DNA from: Chrysomallon squamiferum
Lineage: Eukaryota; Animalia; Mollusca
DNA length: 64,000 nt
Assembly: GCA_012295275.1 (NCBI GenBank)
Contig: CM022669.1
Location: 10,292,001-10,356,000, forward strand
Reading direction: 5' to 3'
Position numbers and translations under genes: made by a program. Below, piece by piece: positions 14,031 through 48,019 of this stretch. Position 1 is the stretch's first letter, and each line of letters starts with the position of its first letter. The notes under the pieces are model-generated. The model was not told where the DNA came from, ran no database searches, and worked only from the letters and a program-made list of their open reading frames with translations.

Positions 14031-16170
14031 AATGTCGTACAGAGCTCGGTGGAGCCTTGCCTCAGTTCGGCATGCAAACCTTTACAGAATAATGATGATA
14101 CCTTAAAGCAGTAAGCAGGTAGTCCCTGTATGTAGTGTAGTAGTAGTAGTGGTATATTAATTTACCATAGTTTGATCCATTCCATTAAGCATTTATGACA
14201 AGACAGCACATACACAATAATTTATCCTGTATAAGTCATAACATAAATAGGGCCCTGTTTCTGAGCTATACACCATTCTAAAATACAAAATAAAATAAAA
14301 ATTTAAAAATTAGAGGTTATGAAAAAAAAAAAAAAAAAAAAAAAAAAGAAGAAGAGAAAAGTAAAACTGTTCTGTTGGTTTATCCTTTTTCACACAAAAC
14401 ATACAACTGATGATTTGATAAGCAAATGGAATACCAAAGAGTTTTTGAAAAAAATAAAAATAAAAAATAAAAAAGATAAAAAATTGCGACGTTTCCCTGA
14501 ACACTAAGTAACCTTGATGTTTGCAGTGTTCAGAAATGCCAGGCTAATTACAATATTAGTATAATCAATTTCAATTTCATACGAGCTTCCAAATGGAAAG
14601 ATGATTTAGAGACATTTAATGACAATCTGATCTTGGTAGACCCAGTATTTGTACTGGAATCAGCAAGTAATGGCTGTAATAATATACGGAGGTTTGTATT
14701 TATTGGAAAACTGAAGAGTATTTTCTGAAGAACAAATTATACCTTTAAATAAAAAAAAATAATAATAAAACAAAAATAAAAGTAATATTATATTTTTGAA
14801 ATTAAAAAATAAAACATTTTTTTTTGTTATTAATGTTATTTTTTGTTCTGTTTTATTTTTGTTTTATTGTTATTTTTATTGGTGTTATTATTATTTTTTT
14901 TATTTTATATATATATATATTTTTTTTTTTTTTTAAGATTTAATATAGTGGCATAAGTTTCAGTGATAATTATTTAAATTATTATTAATATATTGTAAAA
15001 AAAAAAATTGTATTAAATTAAATTATGGCCTTATATTCCAAGAATATATACAGGTATATGTTTTATGAAAGCTGTTAAATAAATACATACATAAATAAAT
15101 AAATAGATAAATAAATAAACTGTATTAATATAAATGTTCAAATGATAATGGTTTTACAGAAAACATAAAAAAATAATTACTGAAATATAAGCTTAAAAAA
15201 ATTTAATGTATTGTGAAATCAAAGAAGTTAATGACAGTTTGTTTGAAATTATTATTTTAAAAAAAGTATTAAAAACAGTAATTACTTTTGATCAACAGAA
15301 CCTTTAGAGAGAGAACTCTTTTGCATTTAATGCACAAATTCCATGAAAAACATTTTAATCAATCACATTAAAATAGTAACTAAATTATTGTCTAAAATAT
15401 TGTTTTTCTAAAGCTGTTAAAATTACTGGATTCCTTCTAAAATAATCTATATAAAAAATAAAACAAATTAAAAAAAATTAAAAATACAAAACAAATTATA
15501 AAACCATTGACTAGTGAAAAAATAAATAAATAAAAACATTTAAAATTGTTCGTGCATAGATTCCAGTCATAACTCTTAATGTAAAATATAAAAAATAAAT
15601 TAAATATGTTCTTAAAATGTTATCTGAGAAAAAAAAGAGAATATAAATGTATATTTATTGTATTAAAAAAAAGTATATATATCATTATATGTAATAACAG
15701 ATGTAGTTTTGCCCTTAAAGTGATCTTCAAAATTAATAATAAAAAATTAAAAAATCAGGCCAGTTTAATATCACAGTAAATATCATTTTAGTAAAACAAA
15801 AAAAAAACAAATAATAATAATAATAATAAACAAAAACAGCTGAAAATTATATTTTCTATTGCTTTGCAATAGGAATATAAAATATTGATTTCATTCAGAG
15901 ATTTCTCTTCTAATTAAATAATAATAATGATATTATTAAAAACTATTTATTTTTAATTTTTGTATGTTTCAAATTGAGATGACCTCAAAAAAGTGTGAAT
16001 ACTGGTTTATTTATTCATTCATATATTTACATATTTATTTATTTACATATTTTTTCATGTATTTGTTTATTTATTATTTATTCACTTATTTATTTTGTTG
16101 TTTATTTTCAATAATGATAATCCTAACAACAGCAGTAAAAGTATCATAAGCAGTTCTTACCCTGTTGCTG

Positions 16171-16204
<34 letters not shown>

Positions 16205-16659
16205 TACTGTTACTTTTGCTACTGCTACTATTATTACTGATACTACTGCAACTAATATTATTACTCTTACTACAACTATAAATAAAAATAATAATAATAG
16301 TAATAATAATAATAATAATAATATAATAATAATAATAATAGTAATATTAGTAATAATAATCAAAATAATAGTAGAAGTAATAGTAGCAATAATTGTAAAT
16401 ATACTACATATAACAACACACATTAAAAATTTATGAAACCAATAAAAAAAAAATTGTCATTTAACTGGCAGTAAAAGTTAATAAAAATAGGTTATTATAA
16501 ATTTTTAATTTAATAAAAAAATGCTTTAACTGCATATTTATAACTTGATTTCTGAACAAAATATAGAACTCATACAAAGTTTGATCTTTTAACACACACT
16601 TTGTTAATATATTAAAATAATATGAAAGTAATAATAATAAAACATAATACATAACAAAT

Positions 16660-16701
<42 letters not shown>

Positions 16702-17110
16702 TTACCTGTAAAATCAGGAGCAGTTGTACTCAGGTAAAAAGAAGAGAGGGGTGTTGTTGTCTGCACACCTCTTGTCTCCTCCCTTGCTGTTCCTGCCTTC
16801 ATTGTGATAAAAATTCTTCTTTTAATCATCTCTCAAAACTTCCATTATGAATAAAATGTCTGAAGGTTTGTACAGATGTTACTAAAGCTGTTTTTAAATG
16901 TTAATTAGTTTATCTAATTACACCACACAGATAACTTATTTTGGTCATCCATATATGAGAAAAACAGAAATGAATTATATTAAAAATTGTGTATTAAAAA
17001 TTTTTTGGTCATCCACTGACTTGAAAATAGACATGAATTAACTGTAATTAATTTTCATCCTTCACTGATTTGAGAAACAGAAGTGATATTAATAGAAGAC
17101 CATGTGAATA

Positions 17111-17144
<34 letters not shown>

Positions 17145-17339
17145 GTTGTATTTTTTCATGAGGATATTTTTATAACATTTTTAATGAAGGTAAAGGTGAT
17201 GACTGTGGAAAAAAGGTAAAGAAAGTCTTTGTGGTTATTTGCTTCACTAATAAGATCACACACACATGAGGCTGGAAATGGGCTAATTCATTGGTAGTGT
17301 GAGCCAGCAGCACTGGTCACAGAATACTCTGGTATGCCA

Positions 17340-17655
17340 TGACGTCACGACTTGGGATAGCAGCTGATCATATTGCTCTTGAAGACTTTTCATATACCTG
17401 CCAGTGACTGGCACTCAGCCAAGAATCTCCCTCTCACTGCTTACTTCTGTATTCACCATATTCCTATCACATCTTTTTTTTCCAAACCTCCATCCATCTC
17501 GGAATATTTTTCCTCAACTCCAGGCTATGTGAATGAGAACTGTTTTTCACACACGAGAAAGAGGAAAAGAGGGATAAAATATTGTTATACTCACAGTTCC
17601 AGGTTTTGTTTTGGTTTCTTTCTGTTTCTCCAATGTTGAGCTTTCGCAATCACAG
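17340..17655 (+). promoter_or_regulatory. Candidate MEF2 alternative promoter and non-coding first exon
   Basis: ATTGG (CCAAT) at ~17290, TGACGTCA at 17340-17347, high-complexity sequence ending at a CAG|GTGAGG donor (17656). Confidence 0.4.
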
Positions 17656-19574
17656 GTGAGGGAATAAGATGTTGCTTCTTTCATACTTTAATTTGTTCTG
17701 TTTATAGTATTTATCTATTTTGGTAGATGAGTGTGGTTAGTTTGTATCGTATCCCTTTGTGGAAATATGTAGAATATATATAGCTTGTCTGTCAAACTGA
17801 GATGGGTATTCTGCGAGTGTACTCAAGTACGATCTATATAAAGAATCTGGCAAAGGTTTGTGCTTGATAAAAATAACAAGCTTTAAAGTGTCTTTATAAT
17901 TTTAGTCTCGTGTACTAATTTGATTTTACTGTTGTTTTTGTTGTTTTATAAGCAGACCTTTTTTTTTCTTCTTTCTTTTAAATTTAATCTGTATTTATCT
18001 AACAAATAGGTCAATTGATTATTTATTTTTTTTTGTTTTGTTTATCTGTTACAAATTTTAAGACAGATGTTACAAGGATATTGATCTTGTTTTTGCTGTA
18101 CATTCGTTTTTTGGTTTGACTTTTCTTTTTTTCTTTTGATGACAGTGCTCACTATTGATCACAAAATATGTCAGTTTTATACACAATTACCTGAGACAGA
18201 GGTTGGTCTCAATTACAGATATTTTCAGCTAATGAGAAACTCAAATTTTCTGTGCTTTTTGTTTTTTTATTTATTTACTTTTTTTTTTTAAATCTTTTTT
18301 AGTAACTTTTAAAATAAATTTCTTAAATTTCCCCAAAGGTAATGATTATATTTTTACAGTCTGTGTCTTCAGAATATGTATGTAACATCTTAAAAAATTA
18401 TAAAAATTTAATTTTTTATATTTATCAGTATACTGTATTAAAGTGATATATTATTAAAATAATAGTATTTAATAAATAAATTTATAAATAATAGTATTAA
18501 TAATAAATAATAATAAAAAATAAAAAAAAATAAAAATAAAAGATAAATAAATAATATAAAAACAAAATAAATGTTAAATATCTCAGGTTAAATCATATTA
18601 ATTAAAATATATGATCAATTTTTAAATATTAAAAAAAGGATAAAACACATTTTCTTTGTAAAAAAAAAAAGAAATGTTTATGTTAATATAGCCATTCAGT
18701 TTACAGTTTTACAATTCAGAATGCAACAGTCAAAAATGATTAAAGAAAGTATCAGTCTGTTAAAATTTTAATATATATAAATATAATACAAAAATTGATA
18801 TTCTTAAGGACTATATATTTATTTATCCATGTATGTATTTATTTATGTGTGTGTATGGGTAAAACATTTGTGCTCACAATACACGTGCACATACAGATAC
18901 ACACACATATAATCTATCTTCATAATATGTTAATAAATTACACAACAGACCACAAAACATGATAAACATCAAACATATAGACATTAACTGAATGCCACCA
19001 TGCATACATATGTAAATACATACATACATGCAGAGAAAATGTTTTATAATTCATGCCAAAATATAATGCATATATAAAATATACATGATACAGTAGTATC
19101 GCATTCAGTCACACACACACCCACATACACACATGAACACACACACGCACACATGCACATATGCACACACACTCCATGCCTGCTTGCACAAATGTATGCA
19201 TATAGACTGATACCCTACATATATACCTACCAAGCTGTGTAGTACCAACTATATAATCAAATATACACACATTCAAAAACATTTCCATGGAATGCTGTCT
19301 CAGTTAGTTTGACACTGAATCAAAGAGGTTTCACCATTTAAATGGAATATTCAGTGTTTTTCAAATGTGGTTTAGCTTTTTTCTTGTTTGTCTTATAACC
19401 AAACACCCTGAAGTCTTTCTGCCATTTCTACAAGATTGGTTTATCACAGGTTGTGGTATGTGCTGCTCTGTACATGAGTATGTGTATGTAAATTATATGT
19501 TTCTGGGTTTTCCCCTCTGTGTATGTATAACTGAGTAAGTACATGTCTAGATATCTAGATGTTTGCATGTTTAA

Positions 19575-19617
<43 letters not shown>

Positions 19618-22600
19618 CATCCACATGCTTATGTGTGTAAATTAATAAAATCTAACCATTCTGTTATTTGAATTATAACAAGAAAATTAATATTTATTTT
19701 AACTAAATAAAATTTATTTCTTATTTTGTTCATCATGGAGGACTAAAATGTTATTGTTGTCATCAAGCAGATGTTCATGATGAGGTGTTTCACAAACTTG
19801 CAGATGACAACAACGATGATGATGATAATGAAATTCACTTCCATCATTATCCACAATGTGACGGAACTTTGATGTATTACCAAACGCGATAAGCTGTCAT
19901 TATGCCAAGCTACTGCATCAGCCACGTGCCTGACGTCTGCTGTTGTCATTGATCATCACCATGCTTCAAGTGAATCTCACATTTGTTTCATTGTGTTCAA
20001 ATCGTTTGCAACGCGTGCCGACACTGTGACTCCCCCCACTCTGTTGTGTCATCATTCCTTTACAGTTTGCCAGTTTCTTTGCACCCATTAATTTGTGGAT
20101 GCCTCTTTCAATGGTCATTTCATGACCTCCCACTTGACCGGTGTGTGTGGACAATGCAGCCTGTACAAGCAGTGCACACCTGTCCTTGATTGGGACAGGT
20201 GAGAGAGAGACTAGAGAAATTTTTCAACTCATCTCTGTCTCATCCCATTAAGATTTGCCAATCATTATTCAGTCTCTGTGATTTGCAAGGACAGTGCTGG
20301 TCAGTGCTGGACAGTAGTTTGACCTCTTCACACTGGACACTGTCTAATGTCCATCACTATCCATGAACTGTGGTCAGATGCAGAATCATGAGTGAAGTAC
20401 TTTATTCTGACCACCTGTCTTGTCTGGTCATTTTCATGGTCAGTAATACCTGCAGATCCTATAATGTTTTAGACTCTTCAGTATTCATTCTTACTACTAG
20501 GATGTAAGAGCCAAAAATTTCACTACTAAACAATTTTCAAACTGGATTTAATTCTAAAAAGATAGTTAAACATTTGTTAGAAGGTAAATGTGGTTCTGGA
20601 TTCTTATAAGGGTAAGGCTTAATTTTTTTATTTCATAGCAATTAGGGCCATGGACTAGAATGAACATTATAAGCCACTGAAAATTATTTACTCTCTAGGT
20701 TTTTCTGATGACAGAAAACATAGTTAAAACAGAAGGAAATATTGCCATGGCAAATATGTTTGTAACCAATAACCTGTAATATAACAGCTTACAGAAATGT
20801 TTCTAGAATCTTCTGGCAACCAAGGACAGTGACAGAGGAATATTAATTATTATTTTTATATTAATGAATATATATATATATATATGTGAGAATTATTACA
20901 CAGTTACAAACATATCAATGAAATCTGTATCTAAAGTCATATTGTTTATTATTATATAAGCAGGTGTTTCATTGCATTAATATAATGAAACAAATATTTA
21001 TTTTTTAAATCTGGATGTCTGAGAATGATTTGTTTTATGTCTGACTTGCCTAAAAGTAAGTAATAATAAAGTTTAAAGTAATGCGACTGTTGGCATGGTT
21101 ACATACATCATTCTAGAAAACTGACTGAAAATACTGCAGATTTTAATCTTGGTTAACTGTGACGAGGAGGTTATTACCCTTTCTGTTTTTCCTTATGGTT
21201 TTGAAAAGAAATAATTTTTCTTAAGTTTCCTGTTAGTGTTTCTTTTCATTTTTCGAGATTATTCTTCTTGTTGGTTATGGAATAACAGAATAGTTTTCTG
21301 TTTACTTTCCTTTATGATTTTCAGTAATTCGGCCATGTTTTAACTGAGTTACTGGAATTAATGGAACTCTTTCGAATGATGAGAACATAGTTTCAGTAAG
21401 TCTAATTTAAAGAGTATATTTACTTATTTTTGAAATATATTAATGCTCTATTGTACATAATTTTATCTTTTAATGGAATAGGTATCTGTAGTGTCTTATT
21501 TAAGGAATATTATTTGGTTTAAGAAAGAAATTTATGTTGCATAACATGAGTACTATATATAAATAGTTTTATTATAGAATATATTCATGCAGTTTTTTTA
21601 AACGGGAATAAAAATTATTACCTTGTTTAAGGAAAATGTTAAACTATCCAACTATTAGCATTGTGTTATGATCTGTAATTTAAAGACTACATATCTGAAT
21701 ATTTAATGAAATTTGTTTAGAAGATAAGTTTCTTCATTTTGATATTTATCTTAGTTTCACTAAAGACTGCTTTTTTTTTATCTTAATGAATAAAAAACAA
21801 AAACAAATGAATATTTAAACAATCAGTGAAAAAAATAAAATGAAATACACTAAAATAAATAAATAAACAAGTAAATAAATTAATAATAATGAGTCAGTAA
21901 AACTGTTAAAAAAGAAATATATATATATATAGATAGATAGATAAAAAAATATTTACAATAACCAAATTTTAAAAAATGTTAGTTTAGTTTTATCAAAATT
22001 CAATTTGAATAACTAACAGAAATGAGGTAAAAAAAAAAATTCATAAAAAAAGTCATTTAAATATGTTAATATATTTTTTAAAATTCCCAATTTTTTTTTT
22101 CCATGAATGTTTTTACAATATCAAATATATAACATAAACTGAAGTTTTTGCCATATCATTGCTATGCAATAAATACTGATATGCCATGGCCAGATACTCC
22201 AATTCATTTTTTAAATATTTTTTTTTTATGTCCCCATCTCTGGTAGTGTAACAGGTATCTAAAATCAGGTAATATGATTTGTTTCTCCACTATTAAACTA
22301 GAACTGTACACATAGCTATCATCTAAGTGTCAGTTGAAGTACACTGAATTAATAGTTTTATTATGCTTGAAAAATTTATGACCAGAAACTCATGGTATTG
22401 ATAAAAAATATAACTGTTAAAAATGAAAAATGGAGAGAGTTTTTGAAAGATATATTAATTCACCATGACTTTTAAAAATTATTTAAGTGGTTTTTACAGG
22501 CAGTGTGGTTTATAGCATATTTAATCAGTCAGATTTTAAAAATGTTTATTTCATATCCTTTCCTTATTAACACATAGTTATGTTTCTTTTGGTTGTTATT

Positions 22601-22979
22601 TTCTTTTCTTTAAATTCTGAAAGAATATAAATTTAAATCTGTTTTTACAGAATTTTCAAACAGTCAAAGTAAAATTTCGAATAGCACAGATATTAAGAAA
22701 AAAAAATTAAATTCTTTTCAACCTTCAGAACTGAAACTTTGATGTTGATGTTTGTTTTGACCAACACAAAATAAGGAGAAAACAAACAATTTTTATTTAT
22801 TTTTGAAATATTTTTATTGAGTAATAAAAGGATTGCTTAAATGTCAATCTTTAAATTTTTTAAATAAAAAATATTTACAGAATTATAAATGAGAATATGT
22901 ACTTTTTTAAACTGCACATAATACAAAAAACTATTTTCAAAATGTTTTGATTTGTCAGTTAAATTCACTAGAATTATTT

Positions 22980-23019
<40 letters not shown>

Positions 23020-24169
23020 CTTCTGTGTGTGTATATATATATACATCTGGGTTTGTTTTTTTAATCAAAAACAATTAAAACATTTAAAGCTTTATAAACA
23101 TAAGCAGATTTCACTTAACTTTGCTAATTAAAACTCTTCTTGTAATTTTTGTATTATAAGGATTTAAAAAAAAAAAAAGATCTGAATACCAGATAAACAT
23201 TATCAGTTATTAAACCGAATTTAATTTCAGTCATTTACAGTAATGTTTCACAAACCACATGATTGCCTCTGCCTGATGTATAATCAGCCATACTTAATGT
23301 TATAAGTGACCATTCAGTAGAGAATATAAATCACCTCGTCACTGCTTACTCACACCAAACTACTCACCACCCCTCTGTGATCTCTAGATTTGGCTCAGTG
23401 ACTTTCTATTGAGATCCTGGCCATGCATGACTTGAAGTGTGTAACCCCTGATGAACCTCACCAGCATAAATTCATGGGTCAATTACCTACAAAGTGTGTT
23501 AATTTGTCTTCTGTCCCGCCTCTGGTATTCGATATGGACCAGCCCCAGGCAGTAAGGAAAGGTTTTCTGAGGACACCTAAATGGCTACTGTTTAGCCAAC
23601 ATGGACACTTCACTGGCTGTTTTGTGGTCAGCCTTCCAAATGTGACAATCCAAGTTCTTTATTAGGCAAAAGATTTAAGAATTTTGGATATTTGCTTACC
23701 TGCAATCACATTCTGAAAGACAAAGATTTAGATTTAATACAACGTAGTATTGTTTATTAAGTGAAATGACAGTTAAAATAATGTTGTTGTAATGGATTAT
23801 TTAGTATTGTGAATTTTGTTTTTTATTCATATAAGTATATAATTATATTGTCTTATCAGTACATGTATGTAATATTATATGTGTATTTCAGAGATGCTGG
23901 AATACACACTCTAAAATTAATGCATATGTAAAAACACACACTCATATACATTCACACAAGCATGTACATAAATTCAGACAAATTATTTAAAGCTGCTTAG
24001 TGGTACATTATATATATTATATGTCAATGAAATTTCTTTAGATTTAATGTATATGATACAAGTAATTTTTATTCTCACTTTAATATCTAACATTTAATAA
24101 TAGTCACACATTTTAGTTTTAATGCTGTCAGTTTAATAATTGTTAATATCTTCAGTATTAACATAAGAA

Positions 24170-24179
24170 CTATTTTTAG
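24170..24179. promoter_or_regulatory. Consensus MEF2 binding site
   Basis: CTATTTTTAG, about 740 bp upstream of the ATG-bearing exon. Confidence 0.35.
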
Positions 24180-25036
24180 TCTTACCAGTTCAAAATCTGT
24201 TGGCAAATATCCATCATGGACATAATTTCCCAATGCAGTTTGTTATGACCGTTTAAAACTTACTTTCCACATAAATTATGTTTTTTTTAATCATATCTGT
24301 TTGACACACGCTCTTTTAAATCAATGTCTGTCATTAAGAATTCTTATAAAATTGTACCGATTTCTAGAAACTGCATCTATAATTGTTATTTCTTAAATCT
24401 AAAAACACAGCCTGAAAACTACATCAATGGTTTAGAATATTTGTAATTATTAACACTCTTTTTGAAATCTAAAATCAAAATCTAAAAACCACATGAATGA
24501 TTTAGGGAATTTTTATAAATCTTTCTGTAATCTTTGAATTACTATACAGTAAATCTTTTCAAGCTTGGAAAATGTATTTTGTCAAGGAGACATAATGAGT
24601 AGTTGGATTTTAAAATCAATAATGATCTTTGTATGAAAGTTGTAATTGAAAAACTTCATGGTAAGTATTTTTAGCAAATGTCGCTGCTGCCCAGCTAGTT
24701 AGCACATAAACACACGCACACACACACAGAAACACAGTGGACAGAGGATCATCAAATTATTATTAAAAGTAAGGCGACTTGTCTCTGCTGGATCTAATTT
24801 ATTTTTAGCTGGTGTTGATTAAATGTTTTCTTCTAAATGTATTCATCAATAGCAGTCATCACAGTGTCGTAAAAATTTTTGATTAACTTTTTTTTGTGAA
24901 CATTTTTCTGTTTTTCAGAATTTGTGCTGACTTCATTTGACTGACTTATTTCTAGAACTGAAGAACTTATTTATACATCGGTTCTACATACGGCTTAACA
25001 TTGGCTGAGTCAAGCAAAGCCTCGAACAGCACTAAA

Positions 25037-45102
<20,066 letters not shown>

Positions 45103-46393
45103 GATCAGTGGCCTGGACACAAATGTCCTTGAGTCAAGCAGTTCTCAATTATGCTTGGTCATTTGTTGACGACCAAGCCGTGTGGTCCAGTATAAATGAC
45201 CACAAATGGCCGCTAAAAGTTAAAAAAAAAAAAATTAAAATGTATCTGCATGTTTGCACAGCTGTAAATTGTATTTCTGCAAGCATTGTAAGGCTTGACC
45301 TTGAATCTGGAGAGGGTTTAAAGACTGCGTGACTTGGTGCCTTCGCTTCAGTCAGGTGAAACTTGTTGGATTTTATCGGCCTATGTAAATAAATCTCATA
45401 TATAATGTGTCAAAAGTTGGATGCTATTTAGTGTTTTCTTATTTAACTGTGTTGCCATTGTATTTTACTAATGTTGCATTTGTACTGAAAAGTAATTGTT
45501 TTGTTTTTGTTTGTTCTGTTTTTGTTTTGTTTTTTTCTTCTAAGAATAACCCTGGAGTTTTTCCCTGTGGTACTGTGACACAAACATTGTGATACATCAT
45601 GTGATTATTTCTGTTGAAGTAGTGCAGATAGAGTTACTCCTCTTTGAAACTGATACTATTTTCTAATGAACTTTCTGTTATTTAGTTGAGAAACTTCAGA
45701 TGTTGCAAAATGAACAGAATACTTTCAAACAGCATTTGTGTTTAGTTGTTGTAGAATTTATCATTTATTTCCCATGATTTTCAGAACTGGTTTTAAAACA
45801 AGATAAGAAAGTATAGGTAAGAAATAGTCTCATCTAAAGCAGAAATATTCTCCAGTAAATTGGTGTTACTCATCGTATAGATAGTGCTTTTTACTCACAG
45901 TAGATTTTAAATTCAGGTGCAACAAAAAAAAAAAAAAAAAAAAAATTATTGATAGTTACATATACTAGTTTTTATCCTTTTATTATAATTACACCATCAT
46001 AATGCTAAAAAAAAAAAAAAAAAAAAAAAAAAAATAATAATAAATAAATAATAATAAAATTGTTGGAAAATTAAAAATTTAATTTTTAAAGTCATTAGAT
46101 AGTTTAGTGATGAATTTAAATTTTATGAAGGACAAATGTTTTCCAGACTGAGCTGATGTAGTTTTATCTGATGCTACTGTAACTTAAAATTAAATTAGAT
46201 TCTCTTTTTACTATTTCTTATCACAATAAAACTGTTGTATAAATTTAAGAAAAATTAAAAAGAAATTACTGACTAAAATTCAGTTGTTATTTCTTTTCAA
46301 AAACACCAAAATTATATTCTTCAAAACATTATGGAAATTTTTTAAAAACCACATTTAGTTGTTATAGTTCTAAAAACTTTTAAACAAAAAAAG

Positions 46394-46425
<32 letters not shown>

Positions 46426-47969
46426 CAACAGTTGTACATTATTAAATTATTTTGTTGTTGTTAAAGATCTAGTTATCATGGTGCTTTTTTAATTTTGTGA
46501 AATTCTAGTTTTTAACATGTTCTACAGTGACTCCTGTGATGTTGTTTTAGGGCAACAGAATTGTCTGCCCGCCCTCATTTGATTGGTGCAATAAACGATG
46601 TGTGCCAGTTTAATAACAAACGAGCTGTAACTAGAAAGCTTCCTTTTTTCTTCATTATTTTTATAATTTATTTATTATTATTATTTTTTTATTTTTACAA
46701 GATATCTAAAATTTAGATTTTTAACTCTTTATAGTTGGCAGAAAATTAAAATTTCAGTTATAGTTAATATATATACTGTTGTCAGAACATTTTAACAGCT
46801 AAACAAAAAAGAGTTTTTCTAACTAATTTGTGGTTTTATTGTTTGAGGTTTTTAAATAAGACAAAATTGTATTTTTGTACTTTGGTGGTTACTGTTATGT
46901 ATAACCGAATTTTGGTGATAAATTAGCACTTCATAAAATAGATTTTTTTGATTTTTTTTTTTTTTTAATTTTTTGAAATATGAAGTCATTGTTTTGCATA
47001 TAATACTATAAAGTTACATGATTCTTTCGGGAATTGGGATAGTTGTATGTATATATATATATATATATGCCATATCAGGACTGGACTGGACTTGTGGTCC
47101 AGAACTGGACTTCTTGTCCAACATTGTGCCTTGAAAAACATTTGCTAGTTGAGACTTTGGGTCAAGGCTTAACATGTGAATAATTTGTAGTATATAAATT
47201 CGTACAGGTCTTTTGCATGTGGATGTTTGTAAAAAAAAAAAAAGAGAAGAAAAAAAAAAAGAAATGAATAGAAAAATGACACCTCATCTAACTGTCAGTA
47301 AATATATCTTTGTATTCTTTTACAGGCCTGCTAATTAGCTAATGTTTTAAATATAAAGTAGAAGCATTTATAATATATTAAGAATAATGTACAATACTAA
47401 TTCTTTTCTGTTTTTTCTTTTTGTTTTTTTCTCAGAAACTTACAGACTATTCAAAACTTAATAATCTAAGGAATACTTTAGCACTGTTTGTTATTTAGAG
47501 GTGATTTAAAAAAATAAAATGCAGGAATTTATAAGAAATTTAAATTTATTGGAAAGAATGTAAATTTGTTATTTAAAAAATTGTTGAAATTCCTGTGATA
47601 ACTGATTTTTAACTGTATTTTAGGCCTTAATATTATTTACATTTGAAAGATGGGTATTGTAAATTGATGACAGAATGTTTTAAAACAAGACAAACTGTTA
47701 ATATGGTAAATAGAAACTGATAAAACATATCAACTGGTAAAAATGCTATAGATGAAAAATGTTATGCCCTAAATCTTTTTTTTTTTTTTTTTATATATTT
47801 GTATAAAGCATTTTTATACTAAGTCTGTATTGCACTCCAATACTAGTTAGGCCTAAACTAGTTTGGTGTTTTGCTAGTTTGTAAAAAGGTAGTTGTAAAT
47901 TATTATAAATAAAATGTAATTCTGTGAAGTCTTTAAGAATGGGATATTTTCTTTTATTTGTTTATTTTT

Positions 47970-48019
<50 letters not shown>

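Noticed and set aside
19740-20460. miRNA hairpin or coding exon in a high-complexity island
   Set aside because: No match to conserved miRNAs I know (miR-1, miR-133, miR-9), no convincing long stem, and ORFs lack homology; probably regulatory or UTR sequence
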